64,000 nucleotides of DNA from Candidatus Latescibacterota bacterium (GTDB taxonomy: Bacteria > Latescibacterota > UBA2968): the NCBI GenBank assembly GCA_965204375.1, contig OZ241986.1, positions 1,056,001-1,120,000 of the forward strand, written 5' to 3'. The notes beneath the pieces are model-generated. The model saw only the letters and a list, made by a program, of their open reading frames with translations, made no database searches and was not told the origin of the DNA. Of this stretch, positions 9,204-20,149 are shown one piece after another (the stretch's first letter is position 1; each line of letters opens with the position of its first letter). A program made the translations under genes and the position numbers.

Positions 9204-9924
9204 TGGAATTGCGGAAGCCTATAGGGATTCCAAGCAACTTTCATTTCGAAAATATATTGAAGAATATACTTTTTTTGAGATATTGGGAGATATCCGAGGA
9301 GCAACGGTCTTAGACCTGGCTTGCGGTGAGGGGTTTTACACGCGCAAGATCAAGCGTGCCGGGGCGGCAGAAGTCACAGGCGTCGATCTTTCCGCAGAAA
9401 TGATTAAATTGGCAGAGGAAGAAGAACGCATCCGGCCTTTGGGATGCAAGTACCTGAATCGAGATGTGGCACGGCTCGATATGGCTGAATCTGTCGATGT
9501 CGTGGTGGCGATGTATCTTTTAAATTATGCCAGGACAAAAGAGGAACTTCTCAATTTTGTCCAAGTGGCTTATAATAGACTGCGACTGGGGGGGCGATTT
9601 ATCGGATTTAATGATAATGTCCAGCATGTTCCCAGAGGAACTATTTCCTTCGCCCAATACGGATTTGACAAAGTGTGTACCCCTGCTCCTGAAGAGGGCG
9701 ATGTCATTTTGTATCAAATGATCAATGAAGATGGCACGCAGTTTGAGTTTAAGAATTATTTTCTCAAACCAGAAACGTATCAATGGGCTTTTCAGAAAGC
9801 TGGTTTTTCCGATTTTCAATGGGTCGGTCCCTTTATACACCCGTCCCAGCAGCACAATCCATTTTGGGATGCTTTTATGTCTCGTCCCCCACTTATTGGC
9901 TTTAGCGCGTCAAAGCAAGGATAA
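9187..9924 (+). CDS. Class I SAM-dependent methyltransferase (ToxA-like)
   Basis: VLDLACGEG motif I, GVDLS, YLLNYA; start placed at MNQEYD. Confidence 0.85.
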   Translation: MNQEYDGIAEAYRDSKQLSFRKYIEEYTFFEILGDIRGATVLDLACGEGFYTRKIKRAGAAEVTGVDLSAEMIKLAEEEERIRPLGCKYLNRDVARLDMAESVDVVVAMYLLNYARTKEELLNFVQVAYNRLRLGGRFIGFNDNVQHVPRGTISFAQYGFDKVCTPAPEEGDVILYQMINEDGTQFEFKNYFLKPETYQWAFQKAGFSDFQWVGPFIHPSQQHNPFWDAFMSRPPLIGFSASKQG

Positions 9925-9928
9925 TTTT

Positions 9929-10486
9929 ATGGTTTCTACTTCTGACTTTCGCAATGGTATGGTTATTCGCCTGGATGGGCAACTTTTTTTTATGACTGAG
10001 TTTGAGCATTTTAAACCCGGCAAAGGTGCTGCGGTCGTGCGCACCAAGCTCAAGAGTGTGAAGTCGGGTGCTGTGATTGACCGCACATTCCGGTCGGGCG
10101 ACAAAGTAGATGATGTTCGTCTGGAAAAACGCAAGAGCCAATACTTATATAAACAAGACACATTTTACATTTTTATGGATACCCGCACCTACGACCAATA
10201 CGAAGTATCTACGGAGATTGTGGGCGATGCACAAAAGCTGTTGCAGGAAAATGAGATTGTCGATGTACTGATTGCCGAGGGAAATGCCATGGGTGTGGAA
10301 CTGCCCATTTTTGTAGAATTAAAAGTCGATCAAACCGATCCCGGTTTGCGCGGCGATACAGCCACTGGCGGGACAAAGCCCGCGCGTGTGGAAACCGGGG
10401 CGACAGTACAGGTTCCGCTATTTGTCGAGATTGGCGATGTGTTGAAGATTGATACGCGCACCCAATCTTATGTCGAACGGGTTTAG
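9929..10486 (+). CDS. efp: Elongation factor P
   Basis: KPGKG, PGLRGDTA, VPLFV, IDTR; AAGGA RBS before ATG 9929. Confidence 0.97.
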   Translation: MVSTSDFRNGMVIRLDGQLFFMTEFEHFKPGKGAAVVRTKLKSVKSGAVIDRTFRSGDKVDDVRLEKRKSQYLYKQDTFYIFMDTRTYDQYEVSTEIVGDAQKLLQENEIVDVLIAEGNAMGVELPIFVELKVDQTDPGLRGDTATGGTKPARVETGATVQVPLFVEIGDVLKIDTRTQSYVERV

Positions 10487-10495
10487 GAGATCATT

Positions 10496-10981
10496 GTGAA
10501 AATTTCCAAGCAGGTAATAGCGAGTGCAAAAGAACTCATCGATCTGATTGGCGCCGATGATGTGCAGGAAGTTGAGGTTGAACGCAAGCTCTTTGGACGC
10601 GGGCGCATTCGCATTGTGCGCGCCAGCCAGCAAGCCCCCATTGTGCAAACACTATCTGCGCCACCGGCGTCAGGATCTGCACCTGTCGATGCACCTGAGA
10701 CCCAGGTTGAAGATGCTGTAAGTGAAGACGATGGCCGCTATCACACTTTGCGCTCGCCTATGGTGGGTATGTTTTACCAATCGCCAAACCCCGAAGCACC
10801 GCCTTATGCAACAGAAGGCGATGAGGTGGCGAGAGGACAGACCCTGTGTATTATTGAAGCCATGAAAATTATGAATGAAATCGAGTGTGATGTGAATGGT
10901 CGGGTGGTGCGCGTACTGGTTGAAAATGCCGCGCCCGTCGAATACAATACCCCCTTGTTTTTAATTGATCCACAAAAGTAG
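10496..10981 (+). CDS. accB: Acetyl-CoA carboxylase biotin carboxyl carrier protein
   Basis: SPMVG, EAMK biotinylation motif. Confidence 0.95.
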   Translation: MKISKQVIASAKELIDLIGADDVQEVEVERKLFGRGRIRIVRASQQAPIVQTLSAPPASGSAPVDAPETQVEDAVSEDDGRYHTLRSPMVGMFYQSPNPEAPPYATEGDEVARGQTLCIIEAMKIMNEIECDVNGRVVRVLVENAAPVEYNTPLFLIDPQK

Positions 10982-11074
10982 CCCCTCGGGGATGTCCATT
11001 CGCTTGTTGTCGTTTGCCCTCCCCCTTGCGAATGAGCAGGCCCTATTGACCTTTCCTTTTTTGAGATCATACCC

Positions 11075-12418
11075 TTGTTTGAGAAAGTTCTCATTGCCGA
11101 CCGCGGCGAGATTGCGCTGCGTATTATCCGAGCCTGTAAAGAGTTGGGGCTGCAAACTGTAGCCGTTTACTCTGAAGCGGACAGCAATTCACTGCACGTT
11201 GGTATGGCCGATGAAGATGTTTGTATTGGCCCACCCTCTGGCGAGCAAAGTTATCGAAATATTCCGCGCATTTTAAGTGCTGCCGAAGTGACCAATGCCG
11301 ATGCGATTCATCCGGGATATGGTCCGCTGGCCGAGAATGCCGAGTTTGCCGAAATTTGCGGCACTTGTGGCATTGTTTTTATTGGTCCATCTGCCGAAGC
11401 GATACGCAAAATGGGCGATAAGGCCATCGCACGAGAGACCATGCAAGGGGCCGGTGTGCCCGTTGCGCCGGGTACGGGGGTTTTGGAGAGCTATGAGGCG
11501 GCCCAACAAGCTGCGCGTAGCATTGGATACCCCGTGCGCCTCAAGGCGGTAGCAGGCGGGGGTGGACGGGGAATGCGCACTGTGTTTTCAGAGCGCGAGT
11601 TGGAACGCGCGTGGCAAATGGCACAGGCCGAGGCACGGGCGGCGTTTACGTCTGGTGCGCTTTATTTGGAGAAAGAGATTGTGCAGCCCCGGCATGTGGA
11701 GATTCAAGTGTTGGGAGATTTGACAGGGCGTATTGTGCATTTGGGGGAACGAGAGTGTTCGGTCCAGCGTCGGCATCAAAAGCTCATTGAAGAGTCGCCT
11801 TCACCCGTAGTTGATGACGCCATGCGCCAGCGCATGGGAGAGGCAGCTATTAAAGGTGCGCTCGCTGTTGGATATGCCAGTGCTGGTACAGTTGAGTTTT
11901 TGCTCGACGCTTCCGGTGACTTTTATTTTTTAGAAATGAACACGCGCATTCAGGTTGAGCACCCGGTTACAGAGATGGTGGCAAGACTCGATCTGGTCAA
12001 ATGGCAGATTCTCATCGCAGCCGGTACATCCCTTCCACAATCTCAAGATCTATTTGATTTCCAGGGGCATGCTATTGAGTGTCGGATCAATGCCGAAGAT
12101 CCCGAGCACAATTTCAGGCCCTCGCCCGGCACAATTACGTCCCTTCACATGCCGGGTGGTCCGGGCATTCGCATTGATTCACACGTATATACGGGATATA
12201 CGGTTCCCCCGCAGTACGATTCCCTTTTGGCCAAGCTCATCGGATATGGCGACACGCGCGACGAGGCAATTGCACGGGCAGTGCGCGCGCTTGAAGAGTT
12301 TGTAATCGAAGGTGTGCCAACGACCATTCCCTTTCACCTCCATGCCTTGCAGCACGAGGATTTTAGAACGGGACGAGCAACAACAGAATTTGTGAGCAAG
12401 TTGGGCTATGGGGGGTGA
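11075..12418 (+). CDS. accC: Acetyl-CoA carboxylase biotin carboxylase subunit
   Basis: [37 protein letters not shown]; TTG start. Confidence 0.95.
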   Translation: MFEKVLIADRGEIALRIIRACKELGLQTVAVYSEADSNSLHVGMADEDVCIGPPSGEQSYRNIPRILSAAEVTNADAIHPGYGPLAENAEFAEICGTCGIVFIGPSAEAIRKMGDKAIARETMQGAGVPVAPGTGVLESYEAAQQAARSIGYPVRLKAVAGGGGRGMRTVFSERELERAWQMAQAEARAAFTSGALYLEKEIVQPRHVEIQVLGDLTGRIVHLGERECSVQRRHQKLIEESPSPVVDDAMRQRMGEAAIKGALAVGYASAGTVEFLLDASGDFYFLEMNTRIQVEHPVTEMVARLDLVKWQILIAAGTSLPQSQDLFDFQGHAIECRINAEDPEHNFRPSPGTITSLHMPGGPGIRIDSHVYTGYTVPPQYDSLLAKLIGYGDTRDEAIARAVRALEEFVIEGVPTTIPFHLHALQHEDFRTGRATTEFVSKLGYGG

Positions 12419-12461
12419 ATCCCATTTCTCACTCATAAATAAGGGTGCAAAGGAGTAGAAG

Positions 12462-12845
12462 ATGTCAGATATTCCAGAAGATTTACTTTTTAACAGCGAT
12501 CACGACTGGGTTCGGATTGAGGGTGATACCGGTACATGTGGGATTACGGATTACGCGCAGGGGGAACTGGGCGATATTGTGTTTTTAGAATTGCCAGAGA
12601 TTGGCGATTTTGTTACTCAAGGGGAATCCTATGGCATAATTGAGGCGGTCAAGACAGTGTCCGATCTCATTGCACCGGTTTCGGGTGAGGTGGTTGATGT
12701 CAATACTCAGTTGACAGATGATGCTGCTCTGGTTAATGACGAGCCCTATGAAGAGGGATGGATGATTCAAGTGCGCCTTTCAGATCCTTCAGAAACAGAG
12801 GCCTTGATGGATGCGCACGCCTATGCGGGTCTGGTTGATGAATAG
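12462..12845 (+). CDS. gcvH: Glycine cleavage system H protein
   Basis: GITDYAQ..LGD, EAVK lipoyl-Lys, PY..GW. Confidence 0.95.
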   Translation: MSDIPEDLLFNSDHDWVRIEGDTGTCGITDYAQGELGDIVFLELPEIGDFVTQGESYGIIEAVKTVSDLIAPVSGEVVDVNTQLTDDAALVNDEPYEEGWMIQVRLSDPSETEALMDAHAYAGLVDE

Positions 12846-12964
12846 ATAGAGCGAAATGAGAGTGAATAAGTCTTGACACCTTGTAGTCAATGCGATATAT
12901 CATGAGGATTTATGGTAGAGAGTGGATGGGAGGAGGCTAATCGCTATTTTTGAGGTGCTTTATC

Positions 12965-13492
12965 ATGCCCGTGACGATGCCCACGGTACTCAATCAGTCT
13001 GTGCTGGTGCTCAATCAGAGTTACGAACCTCTGCATGTGTGTTCTGTACGCAGGGCTATTGTGCTGGTTTTTCGAGGCCGCGCCGAAGTTGTTGAGGCGT
13101 GCGATTCTCGTATTCATACGGTGAGCGATTCATTCCCCGTGCCGAGCGTGGTACGTCTGGCCGTATATGTGCGCGTACCTCCCAAACCGCTCGCTTTGAC
13201 CAAGCGCAATATCTTAAAACGCGATGGATTCCAGTGTCAGTATTGTGGCATTCGCCGCGGTCCATTTACCATTGATCACGTGGTGCCGCGATCTCACAAC
13301 GGGCGCAATTCATGGGACAATCTGGTGTGCGCCTGCCATCGGTGCAACAACCGCAAGGGCGACAATACGCCTGCTGAAGTCGGTTTATCATTATTGCGCA
13401 AGCCTCAGTCACCGAATCGGGTGACCTTTATTCGACATCATATTGGGGTGCCAGACCGTCGCTGGCGTCCCTATCTTTTTATGGATGATTAA
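12965..13492 (+). CDS. HNH endonuclease
   Basis: VLVLN.SYEPL, RD.FQCQYCG, TIDHVVPRS, WDNLVCAC..CN..KG. Confidence 0.92.
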   Translation: MPVTMPTVLNQSVLVLNQSYEPLHVCSVRRAIVLVFRGRAEVVEACDSRIHTVSDSFPVPSVVRLAVYVRVPPKPLALTKRNILKRDGFQCQYCGIRRGPFTIDHVVPRSHNGRNSWDNLVCACHRCNNRKGDNTPAEVGLSLLRKPQSPNRVTFIRHHIGVPDRRWRPYLFMDD

Positions 13493-13504
13493 AAGCTGGG
13501 ACTG

Positions 13505-14572
13505 ATGGAAAAAAAGCGAATTTTGACAGGTGATCGGCCCACGGGGCGTTTGCATCTCGGGCACTATGTCGGGTCTTTGAAAAACCGCGTGGCCCTGCAA
13601 GATGATTACGAGAGCTATTTTTTAGTGGCCGACCTGCACATGTTGACCACGCAGCCCCAAAAAGAATACATCGATGCACTGCGTGAAAATATCTATGAGA
13701 TGGTATTGGATTATTTGGCCGTGGGTATAGATCCCCAAAAATCGACCATCTATTTGCAATCGGCCATCCACGCTGTGTACGAGATGAATCTGTTTTTTGA
13801 GATGCTCGTGACATTGCCTCGCGTGGCGCGGTTGCCCAGTGTGAAAGATATGGCACGCGCGGCGAATATGACAGATGAAGCTATTCCATTTGGTCTGATT
13901 GGGTATCCCGTGCTTCAAAGTGCCGATATTTTGATGCCGCGCGCACATGTTGTGCCGGTGGGGAAAGACAATGAGGCGCACGTTGAAGTGACGCGGGAAA
14001 TTGCGCGTCGGTTCAACGCTTATTACGGCGATGTATTTCCCATTCCCGAACTCCTCATGGGCGATGTGCCTACCCTGGTGGGGACCGATGGACAGGCCAA
14101 GATGAGCAAAAGTCTCGACAATGCGATTTTTTTATCTGATGATGAAAAGACAGTAGAAAAAAAAGTGCGCGGTATGTACACAGACCCCAATCGCATTCGC
14201 GCAGATATCCCGGGAACTGTAGAAGGCAATCCCGTATTTATGTATCACGATGCATTTAATCCCAATGTCGCTGAGGTTGATGATCTCAAAACCCGCTATC
14301 GCCAGGGCCGCGTGGGCGATGTCGAAGTGAAAGATAAATTGGCACGCGCGCTCAATGTGTTTCTCGCACCTATCCGCCAGCGCCGAGCACATTTTGCGGC
14401 GCAGTCGGGTTATGTCGAGCAAGTGATTTACGAAGGCACGCTCAAAACCCAAGCACTTGCAAACGAAACGCTTTTGGCTATGAAAAAGGCGATGGGTTTT
14501 ACTGGCGTATGGAATCGGATTTCTCGCAAAGCGCGAGATAGAATGAAAAAACAAGAGAAGGAGGCGCGATGA
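13505..14572 (+). CDS. trpS: Tryptophan--tRNA ligase
   Basis: [25 protein letters not shown]. Confidence 0.96.
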   Translation: MEKKRILTGDRPTGRLHLGHYVGSLKNRVALQDDYESYFLVADLHMLTTQPQKEYIDALRENIYEMVLDYLAVGIDPQKSTIYLQSAIHAVYEMNLFFEMLVTLPRVARLPSVKDMARAANMTDEAIPFGLIGYPVLQSADILMPRAHVVPVGKDNEAHVEVTREIARRFNAYYGDVFPIPELLMGDVPTLVGTDGQAKMSKSLDNAIFLSDDEKTVEKKVRGMYTDPNRIRADIPGTVEGNPVFMYHDAFNPNVAEVDDLKTRYRQGRVGDVEVKDKLARALNVFLAPIRQRRAHFAAQSGYVEQVIYEGTLKTQALANETLLAMKKAMGFTGVWNRISRKARDRMKKQEKEAR

Positions 14573-15372
14573 TTGCATCCAATTTGACAGCTCAGTTTGA
14601 TCCGGATGCTGCGCCTTATGGTGTGAAGCTCGATTTGTTTGAAGGCCCGCTGGATCTGTTGCTCTTTCTCATTCAAAAAAACGAGATCGATATCTACGAT
14701 ATTCCCATCGCTGCTATTACGCGGCAATTTTTAGAATACGTCGAGATCATCCAGCGATTAAACTTAGAGGTTGCTGGCGATTTTGTCGTGATGGCCGCCA
14801 CATTGATGCGTATCAAATCGCGTATGTTGTTGCCCTCTGACCCAGAAGCCGAGGAGGAAGAAGGAGATCCTCGCGAAGAATTGGTGCGCCGCTTGCTGGA
14901 ATACCAGCAGTTCAGAGAAGTAGCCGCGTGGATGGACGATCAGCAAACGGAATACCGCGATGTTTTTTATCGGGGTACTTCGATGGATCTGGAAGATATT
15001 CGGAAGCAACACGCGGCCGAAGCCGGGGAATTTCGTCCCGTGAGCCTGTTCGAATTGCTCCGCGCCTTTAAGCAAGCGATGGATGCGGCGCCAAAAGCCG
15101 ATTTTCACGAGGTGACGCGAGTCGATGTGACCACAGAGGAGCGCGCCGAATACGTGCTCGATGTACTCGAACGACGGCATCAAGTTCCATTTAGCGACCT
15201 GATTGCCAGTGCATATCGCATTGTCGTTGTTGTGACGTTTATCGCGTTGCTGGAATTGATGAAAGAAGGAAAAGTCCGCGTCCAACAGGCCGATACCGAT
15301 GGAGAACTCTGGGTTTATCGCCGCGATGCTTTAGAAACGGCGTCTTTCGAGGAGGACATAAACGATGTCTGA
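14569..15372 (+). CDS. scpA: Segregation and condensation protein A
   Basis: [26 protein letters not shown]. Confidence 0.95.
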   Translation: MIASNLTAQFDPDAAPYGVKLDLFEGPLDLLLFLIQKNEIDIYDIPIAAITRQFLEYVEIIQRLNLEVAGDFVVMAATLMRIKSRMLLPSDPEAEEEEGDPREELVRRLLEYQQFREVAAWMDDQQTEYRDVFYRGTSMDLEDIRKQHAAEAGEFRPVSLFELLRAFKQAMDAAPKADFHEVTRVDVTTEERAEYVLDVLERRHQVPFSDLIASAYRIVVVVTFIALLELMKEGKVRVQQADTDGELWVYRRDALETASFEEDINDV

Positions 15373-16111
15373 GAGAGATGACGCACGCGTCGCCAATCTG
15401 GCTACCGATGAAGATGCACGCAACAAAGGCGTGGTTGAAGCGTTGTTGATTGCAGCCGATGATCCTCTGGGAGCATCGCGTCTGTCATCGGTTTTGGGAC
15501 GGGATACTGGCGCAAAAGAAATTCGCGCTTATGTCAATGATCTCAATGAAGAATACGCACAGACGGGTCGCAGTTTCAGGGTTGTCGAAGTCGCGGGGGG
15601 CTTTCAGTTGGCTGTACACAGCGAATTTGCGCCATGGATTCGGCAACTGATGCGCGAGAGAGTCGCGCCCCGGCTTTCTCAAGCTTCTCTGGAAACGCTC
15701 GCTATCCTGGCTTTTAAACAGCCGGTTACCAAAGCCGAAGTCGAGCATATTCGCGGTGTGTCTGTCGATGGCGTTTTGCGGCAATTGATGGAAAAGGGCC
15801 TGATCCGCATTTCCGGGCGGTCAGACGCGCCCGGGCGGCCTCTGTTATACGGAACGACACGCGATTTTTTGAAGCATTTTGGCCTTAAGACCCTGTCTGA
15901 TCTGCCCCGGATTCGCGAGTTGGAAGAGTTGCTCCGAGAAGAAGAACAACGGGTGGCCGAAGGCAAAGACAGCCCGTTATCGGGTGTAATCAATACCGAT
16001 GGGGAAAGCGAACAGGATACCCATGACAGAGCGCCTGAACCGGTTTCTGGCCCGCGCGGGGGTAGCTTCGCGGCGGGCGAGCGATCGGTTGATCCAAACG
16101 GGCAGCGTTAA
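15365..16111 (+). CDS. scpB: Segregation and condensation protein B
   Basis: LSQASLETLAILAFKQP, IRGV, PGRPLLYGTT. Confidence 0.95.
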   Translation: MSERDDARVANLATDEDARNKGVVEALLIAADDPLGASRLSSVLGRDTGAKEIRAYVNDLNEEYAQTGRSFRVVEVAGGFQLAVHSEFAPWIRQLMRERVAPRLSQASLETLAILAFKQPVTKAEVEHIRGVSVDGVLRQLMEKGLIRISGRSDAPGRPLLYGTTRDFLKHFGLKTLSDLPRIRELEELLREEEQRVAEGKDSPLSGVINTDGESEQDTHDRAPEPVSGPRGGSFAAGERSVDPNGQR

Positions 16112-16757
16112 AATAAATGGCGCTGTTGTGACACATCCGGGCACGCGATTAAATCCGCATAGCGATCGCGTATGTGTCAATGGGCGGGTGATCCTATCGG
16201 TTGATCGACAAACTTATATTTTATTGCACAAACCCCCGGGATATCTGGTATCGGCGCGCGATCCGCATCATGCCCAAACAATTTACAAATTGTTGCGCGG
16301 CATTGATGCTCGGGTTTTTCCCGCCGGACGGCTCGATCTGGATACGCGAGGGGTTTTGTTGTTGATGGATGACGGCGATCTGGCATTTCGATTGACTCAT
16401 CCGCGATATGGCGTCAAAAAAGTCTATCGCGCATGGGTGCGCGGGCATCCCAGCGAGGCGGTATTGACAGCACTGCGAGAGGGCATAAAGCTCAGCGATG
16501 GTATTTCCGCTCCTGCACATATTCGCGTGATGCGCGCAAGAGGTGGGGATACAGAATTGGAATTGATACTTCACGAGGGACGAAAAAGGCAAGTGAAGCG
16601 GATGTGCGAGGCGGCAGGACATCGGGTGCTGTCTTTGACGCGCACGCATTTTGCCGGTCTCACAACGCGACACCTCGAGCCAGGCCAATGGCGGCATCTG
16701 ACACAAGCAGAAGTAAAAAGGCTTCGAGAACTGGTCGGGCTGAACGATGAACAATGA
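16023..16757 (+). CDS. rluB: rRNA pseudouridine synthase (RluB/RsuA family)
   Basis: S4 domain RLNRFLARAGVASRR, HKPPG, GRLD catalytic Asp, EGRKRQVKRM; scpB-rluB-cmk synteny. Confidence 0.88.
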   Translation: MTERLNRFLARAGVASRRASDRLIQTGSVKINGAVVTHPGTRLNPHSDRVCVNGRVILSVDRQTYILLHKPPGYLVSARDPHHAQTIYKLLRGIDARVFPAGRLDLDTRGVLLLMDDGDLAFRLTHPRYGVKKVYRAWVRGHPSEAVLTALREGIKLSDGISAPAHIRVMRARGGDTELELILHEGRKRQVKRMCEAAGHRVLSLTRTHFAGLTTRHLEPGQWRHLTQAEVKRLRELVGLNDEQ

Positions 16758-17448
16758 GCAATTTATGCGCAAAAATGGCATTGTTATTGCGATTGATGGC
16801 CCGGCAGGTGCTGGGAAGAGTACAACTGCACGGCGCGTTGCAGATCAGATGGGGTACCTGTATCTGGATACCGGGGCGATGTATCGCGCCGTGGGGCTGG
16901 CGGTCCTGCAACAGGGTGTTGATCCCGATGATGCCGATGGCGTAACCGCAGTGTGTCGTGCGCTCGATATCGCATTTGAAACGAGAGATGGGCAGTTGCA
17001 AACCTTGCTCAATGGAAGAAATATATCCGATGCAATTCGCTCATCTGAAATTTCGCAGGCTGCGTCTCGCGTAGCTGTCCATCCAGGGGTGCGCGATGTG
17101 CTCGTTGCATTACAGCGGGCCATGGGGAGAGATGGAGGTATTGTTTTAGAAGGTAGAGATACTGGGACTGCTATTTTTCCGGATGCGGAATTGAAAATTT
17201 TTCTCGTCGCCGATCCCGTCGAACGCGCGCGGCGACGACTCAGAGACTTGAAAAAAAGGGGCGAATCTGCTGTGTTTGAGTCGCTGTTGGACGAGATTCG
17301 CATTCGGGATATCCGCGACCGGCAAACGCAGTTGCAACGCGGCGCGTGGCCCGCGCCTGATGCCGTGTGTATAGATACCACAGAATTGTCAATCGCAGAA
17401 CAAGTGGATCGGATTGTTGCTCTTGCCCACAGGCAAAATAGGGCGTGA
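16747..17448 (+). CDS. cmk: Cytidylate kinase
   Basis: IAIDGPAGAGKST, LDTGAMYR, EGRDTGT. Confidence 0.96.
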   Translation: MNNEQFMRKNGIVIAIDGPAGAGKSTTARRVADQMGYLYLDTGAMYRAVGLAVLQQGVDPDDADGVTAVCRALDIAFETRDGQLQTLLNGRNISDAIRSSEISQAASRVAVHPGVRDVLVALQRAMGRDGGIVLEGRDTGTAIFPDAELKIFLVADPVERARRRLRDLKKRGESAVFESLLDEIRIRDIRDRQTQLQRGAWPAPDAVCIDTTELSIAEQVDRIVALAHRQNRA

Positions 17449-18113
17449 ACGATAAATGGATGATATCGATGACTTTTTATCGCTTTTGCTGGTGGCTGGC
17501 CTACGGGCTGGTCGTTGTTCTCTTTCGGTTACGGGTCGAAGGGCGGCGTCACATACCCCAGTCGGGTGCGTTAATTTTGGCTTCTAACCATTGTTCTAAC
17601 GTCGATCCCGTTATTATTGGAGTTGCGGCAGGCCGCGAACTTTGGTATCTTGCTAAGGCTGAACTCTTTCCTATTCCATTGCTGGGAAAGTTGATTCACA
17701 GGTTGCACGCGATGCCCGTTGACAGAAGCCGTGGAGACCGCAGCGCATTTTTGGCCTGGACAAAAATTTTGCAGGACGGTAATCCCGTGCTCATTTTTCC
17801 AGAAGGTACGCGCAATAAGCGTCCCGAATTTCTGCGACCTCGACCAGGGGTTGGCATGCTGGTTTATCGCACTCAGGCACCTGTGATACCCGTATATATT
17901 TCGGGCACAGTCAATATCTGGAAAACGATGGTTGGGCTGGATCGGTTGCAGGTGCGATTTGGCAAGCCTATTTTGGGTTGTCCAGAACAATTGCCCGACA
18001 GGCGTCGCGACGCCTACAATTTTGTCACTCAGGAAGTGATGCGTCATCTCGCTGTTCTGAAGCGGATGCGGCGGAAAGCCGGCACGGTCGCACCCGCTTC
18101 CCACAATGGTTAA
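17445..18113 (+). CDS. plsC: 1-acyl-sn-glycerol-3-phosphate acyltransferase family
   Basis: NHCSNVD, AKAELF, FPEGTR. Confidence 0.88.
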   Translation: MNDKWMISMTFYRFCWWLAYGLVVVLFRLRVEGRRHIPQSGALILASNHCSNVDPVIIGVAAGRELWYLAKAELFPIPLLGKLIHRLHAMPVDRSRGDRSAFLAWTKILQDGNPVLIFPEGTRNKRPEFLRPRPGVGMLVYRTQAPVIPVYISGTVNIWKTMVGLDRLQVRFGKPILGCPEQLPDRRRDAYNFVTQEVMRHLAVLKRMRRKAGTVAPASHNG

Positions 18114-18205
18114 CCATAAGGTGTCGGCACGGTTTGATCGACGTTGTTCGTCGTTCTTTTTTTATTGTTTTGCGCGATTTTTTAGCGCGAAAGGAAATAT
18201 TTGGT

Positions 18206-20068
18206 ATGTCTGTTAATACCCTTTCCAAACCCACCCCTGAAGAAGCCCTGGCTGCACTGGATGAAAGCGAATATAGCGAGGCAGAATTTAATGAAATGAT
18301 GGAACTCTACGAAGAGACGTTAGAGACCATTAAGCAGGGCGAGATTGTTGTGGGTACTGTAAGGTCCATCCACGACGGAATCGTGGTGGTAGATATCGGT
18401 TTCAAGTCTGAAGGCGCGATTCCTCTCTCTGAGTTTGGCGACCCGCCAGCTATAGAGGAAGGCGATGAAATCGAGGTTTTTTTGGAGAGCATTGAAGATC
18501 AAGAAGGCCAGGTGGTACTGTCCAAGACTAAGGCTGACTTTATGCGGGTGTGGGATCGCATTAAAGATGCGTATGATAGCGATCAGATTGTAGAGGGTCG
18601 TTTGATGCGGCGAATCAAGGGGGGCATTGTGGTGGATCTTTTTGGCGTCGATGCTTTCTTGCCCGGCTCCCAAATTGACATCAAACAGGTCAAAAATTTT
18701 GATCAATTTCTCGGCAATGTGTACCCGTTCCGGATTATAAAGCTCAACAAAAACCGCCGAAATATTGTCATTTCTCGTCGCGTTGTTCTCGAAGAAGAAC
18801 GTTCCAGGCTGCGCAAACAGATTCTCGCCACATTGGAAGTGGGACAAGTGCGTCAGGGATCGGTCAAAAATATCACTGATTTTGGTGCGTTTATCGATCT
18901 GGGCGGTTTAGACGGGTTGTTGCACATTACGGATATTGCCTGGGGCAGGGTTGGGCATCCATCAGAGGTCTTGTCCATTGGCGAAGAAGTAGAAGTCAAG
19001 GTGCTCAATTACGATGAGAAGCGCGAGCGCATTTCTCTGGGTATGAAGCAATTACAAGACCATCCCTGGAAAGATGTCGAGGAAAAATATCCGGTTGATA
19101 ACAAGGTGATAGGCAAGGTTGTCAGCATTACGGATTACGGAGCTTTTGTCGAGTTGGAACAGGGTGTCGAAGGTTTGGTACACATTTCAGAAATGTCGTG
19201 GACACAGCATATTCGCCATCCTTCCAAGCTGGTCTCCATCGGCGATGAAGTTGAGGTTATGGTCCTGCGCGTTGACCAGGAAGGGCAAAAAATTTCGCTG
19301 GGCCTCAAGCAAGTGCAGCCCGATCCCTGGGAAGATCTCGACCAAAAATACCCCTCAGGTACACCTCTTCGAGGCATTGTACGCAATTTGACTAATTTTG
19401 GAGCTTTTGTCGAAATCGAAGAGGGGATCGACGGGTTGGTGCATATTTCCGATATGTCCTGGACCAAGCGCATTCGCCATCCGAGCGAGGTGATTAAAAA
19501 AGGCCAGGAACTGGATGTTATTGTGCTCAATATCGACAAAGAGCGCCGGCGCATTTCGCTGGGTCACAAACAGACCATTGAAAATCCCTGGGCGAAATTG
19601 GCTGTTACCTATGCGGTGGGCAATGCCGTAGAGGGTAATATTTCTCGCATTCTCGAACGCGGGGTGGTCGTTGACCTCGAAGGCCATGTTGAGGGATTTG
19701 TGCCGATCTCCCAACTGGGTATTGACGACCTTCAACGTCCCGATGAATATTTTGAGGAAGGCGATGAGATGCCGCTGAAAGTCGTGGAGTTTGACGAAGA
19801 CCAAAAGAAAATTGTGTTGAGCGTGCGAGAGCGTTTGCGCGATGCCGATCAAGATGAAATCGACGCTTTTCTGGCGGCACATCCTCGACGTGAAGGCGCA
19901 GAAGTAGCAGTGGAAGCTGAAGTAGCCGAAGAAGAAGTCGAGGTAGAAGAAGTGGAAGGTGCAGTGGAAGTTGAAACTGAAGCAGAAACCGAAACAGCCG
20001 AGGCAGAAGCAGAAGTAGAAGCTGAGGCAAAATCTGAGGATGAGTCACAGAGCAGTAAAGAGGCGTAA
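18206..20068 (+). CDS. rpsA: 30S ribosomal protein S1 with long acidic C-terminal tail
   Basis: Six S1 repeats (FGAFIDLGG.DGLLHI etc.); start at MSVNTL after AAGGA. Confidence 0.97.
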   Translation: MSVNTLSKPTPEEALAALDESEYSEAEFNEMMELYEETLETIKQGEIVVGTVRSIHDGIVVVDIGFKSEGAIPLSEFGDPPAIEEGDEIEVFLESIEDQEGQVVLSKTKADFMRVWDRIKDAYDSDQIVEGRLMRRIKGGIVVDLFGVDAFLPGSQIDIKQVKNFDQFLGNVYPFRIIKLNKNRRNIVISRRVVLEEERSRLRKQILATLEVGQVRQGSVKNITDFGAFIDLGGLDGLLHITDIAWGRVGHPSEVLSIGEEVEVKVLNYDEKRERISLGMKQLQDHPWKDVEEKYPVDNKVIGKVVSITDYGAFVELEQGVEGLVHISEMSWTQHIRHPSKLVSIGDEVEVMVLRVDQEGQKISLGLKQVQPDPWEDLDQKYPSGTPLRGIVRNLTNFGAFVEIEEGIDGLVHISDMSWTKRIRHPSEVIKKGQELDVIVLNIDKERRRISLGHKQTIENPWAKLAVTYAVGNAVEGNISRILERGVVVDLEGHVEGFVPISQLGIDDLQRPDEYFEEGDEMPLKVVEFDEDQKKIVLSVRERLRDADQDEIDAFLAAHPRREGAEVAVEAEVAEEEVEVEEVEGAVEVETEAETETAEAEAEVEAEAKSEDESQSSKEA

Positions 20069-20149
20069 GATTGCTCAGATCTTTATGGCGGTTGCAAAGC
20101 GTTGGGGCATATCGCCTCAACGCTTTGTTTTTTCAAATGGCTGATTTTT

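Noticed and set aside
11075-11345. AccC deviations (ADRGEIA, HPGYGPL) suggesting an inactive enzyme
   Set aside because: ATP-grasp and catalytic motifs are intact and the accB-accC context is normal
12965-13492. HNH gene as a homing endonuclease or mobile element
   Set aside because: Stand-alone widespread HNH type; no intron, intein or flanking repeats
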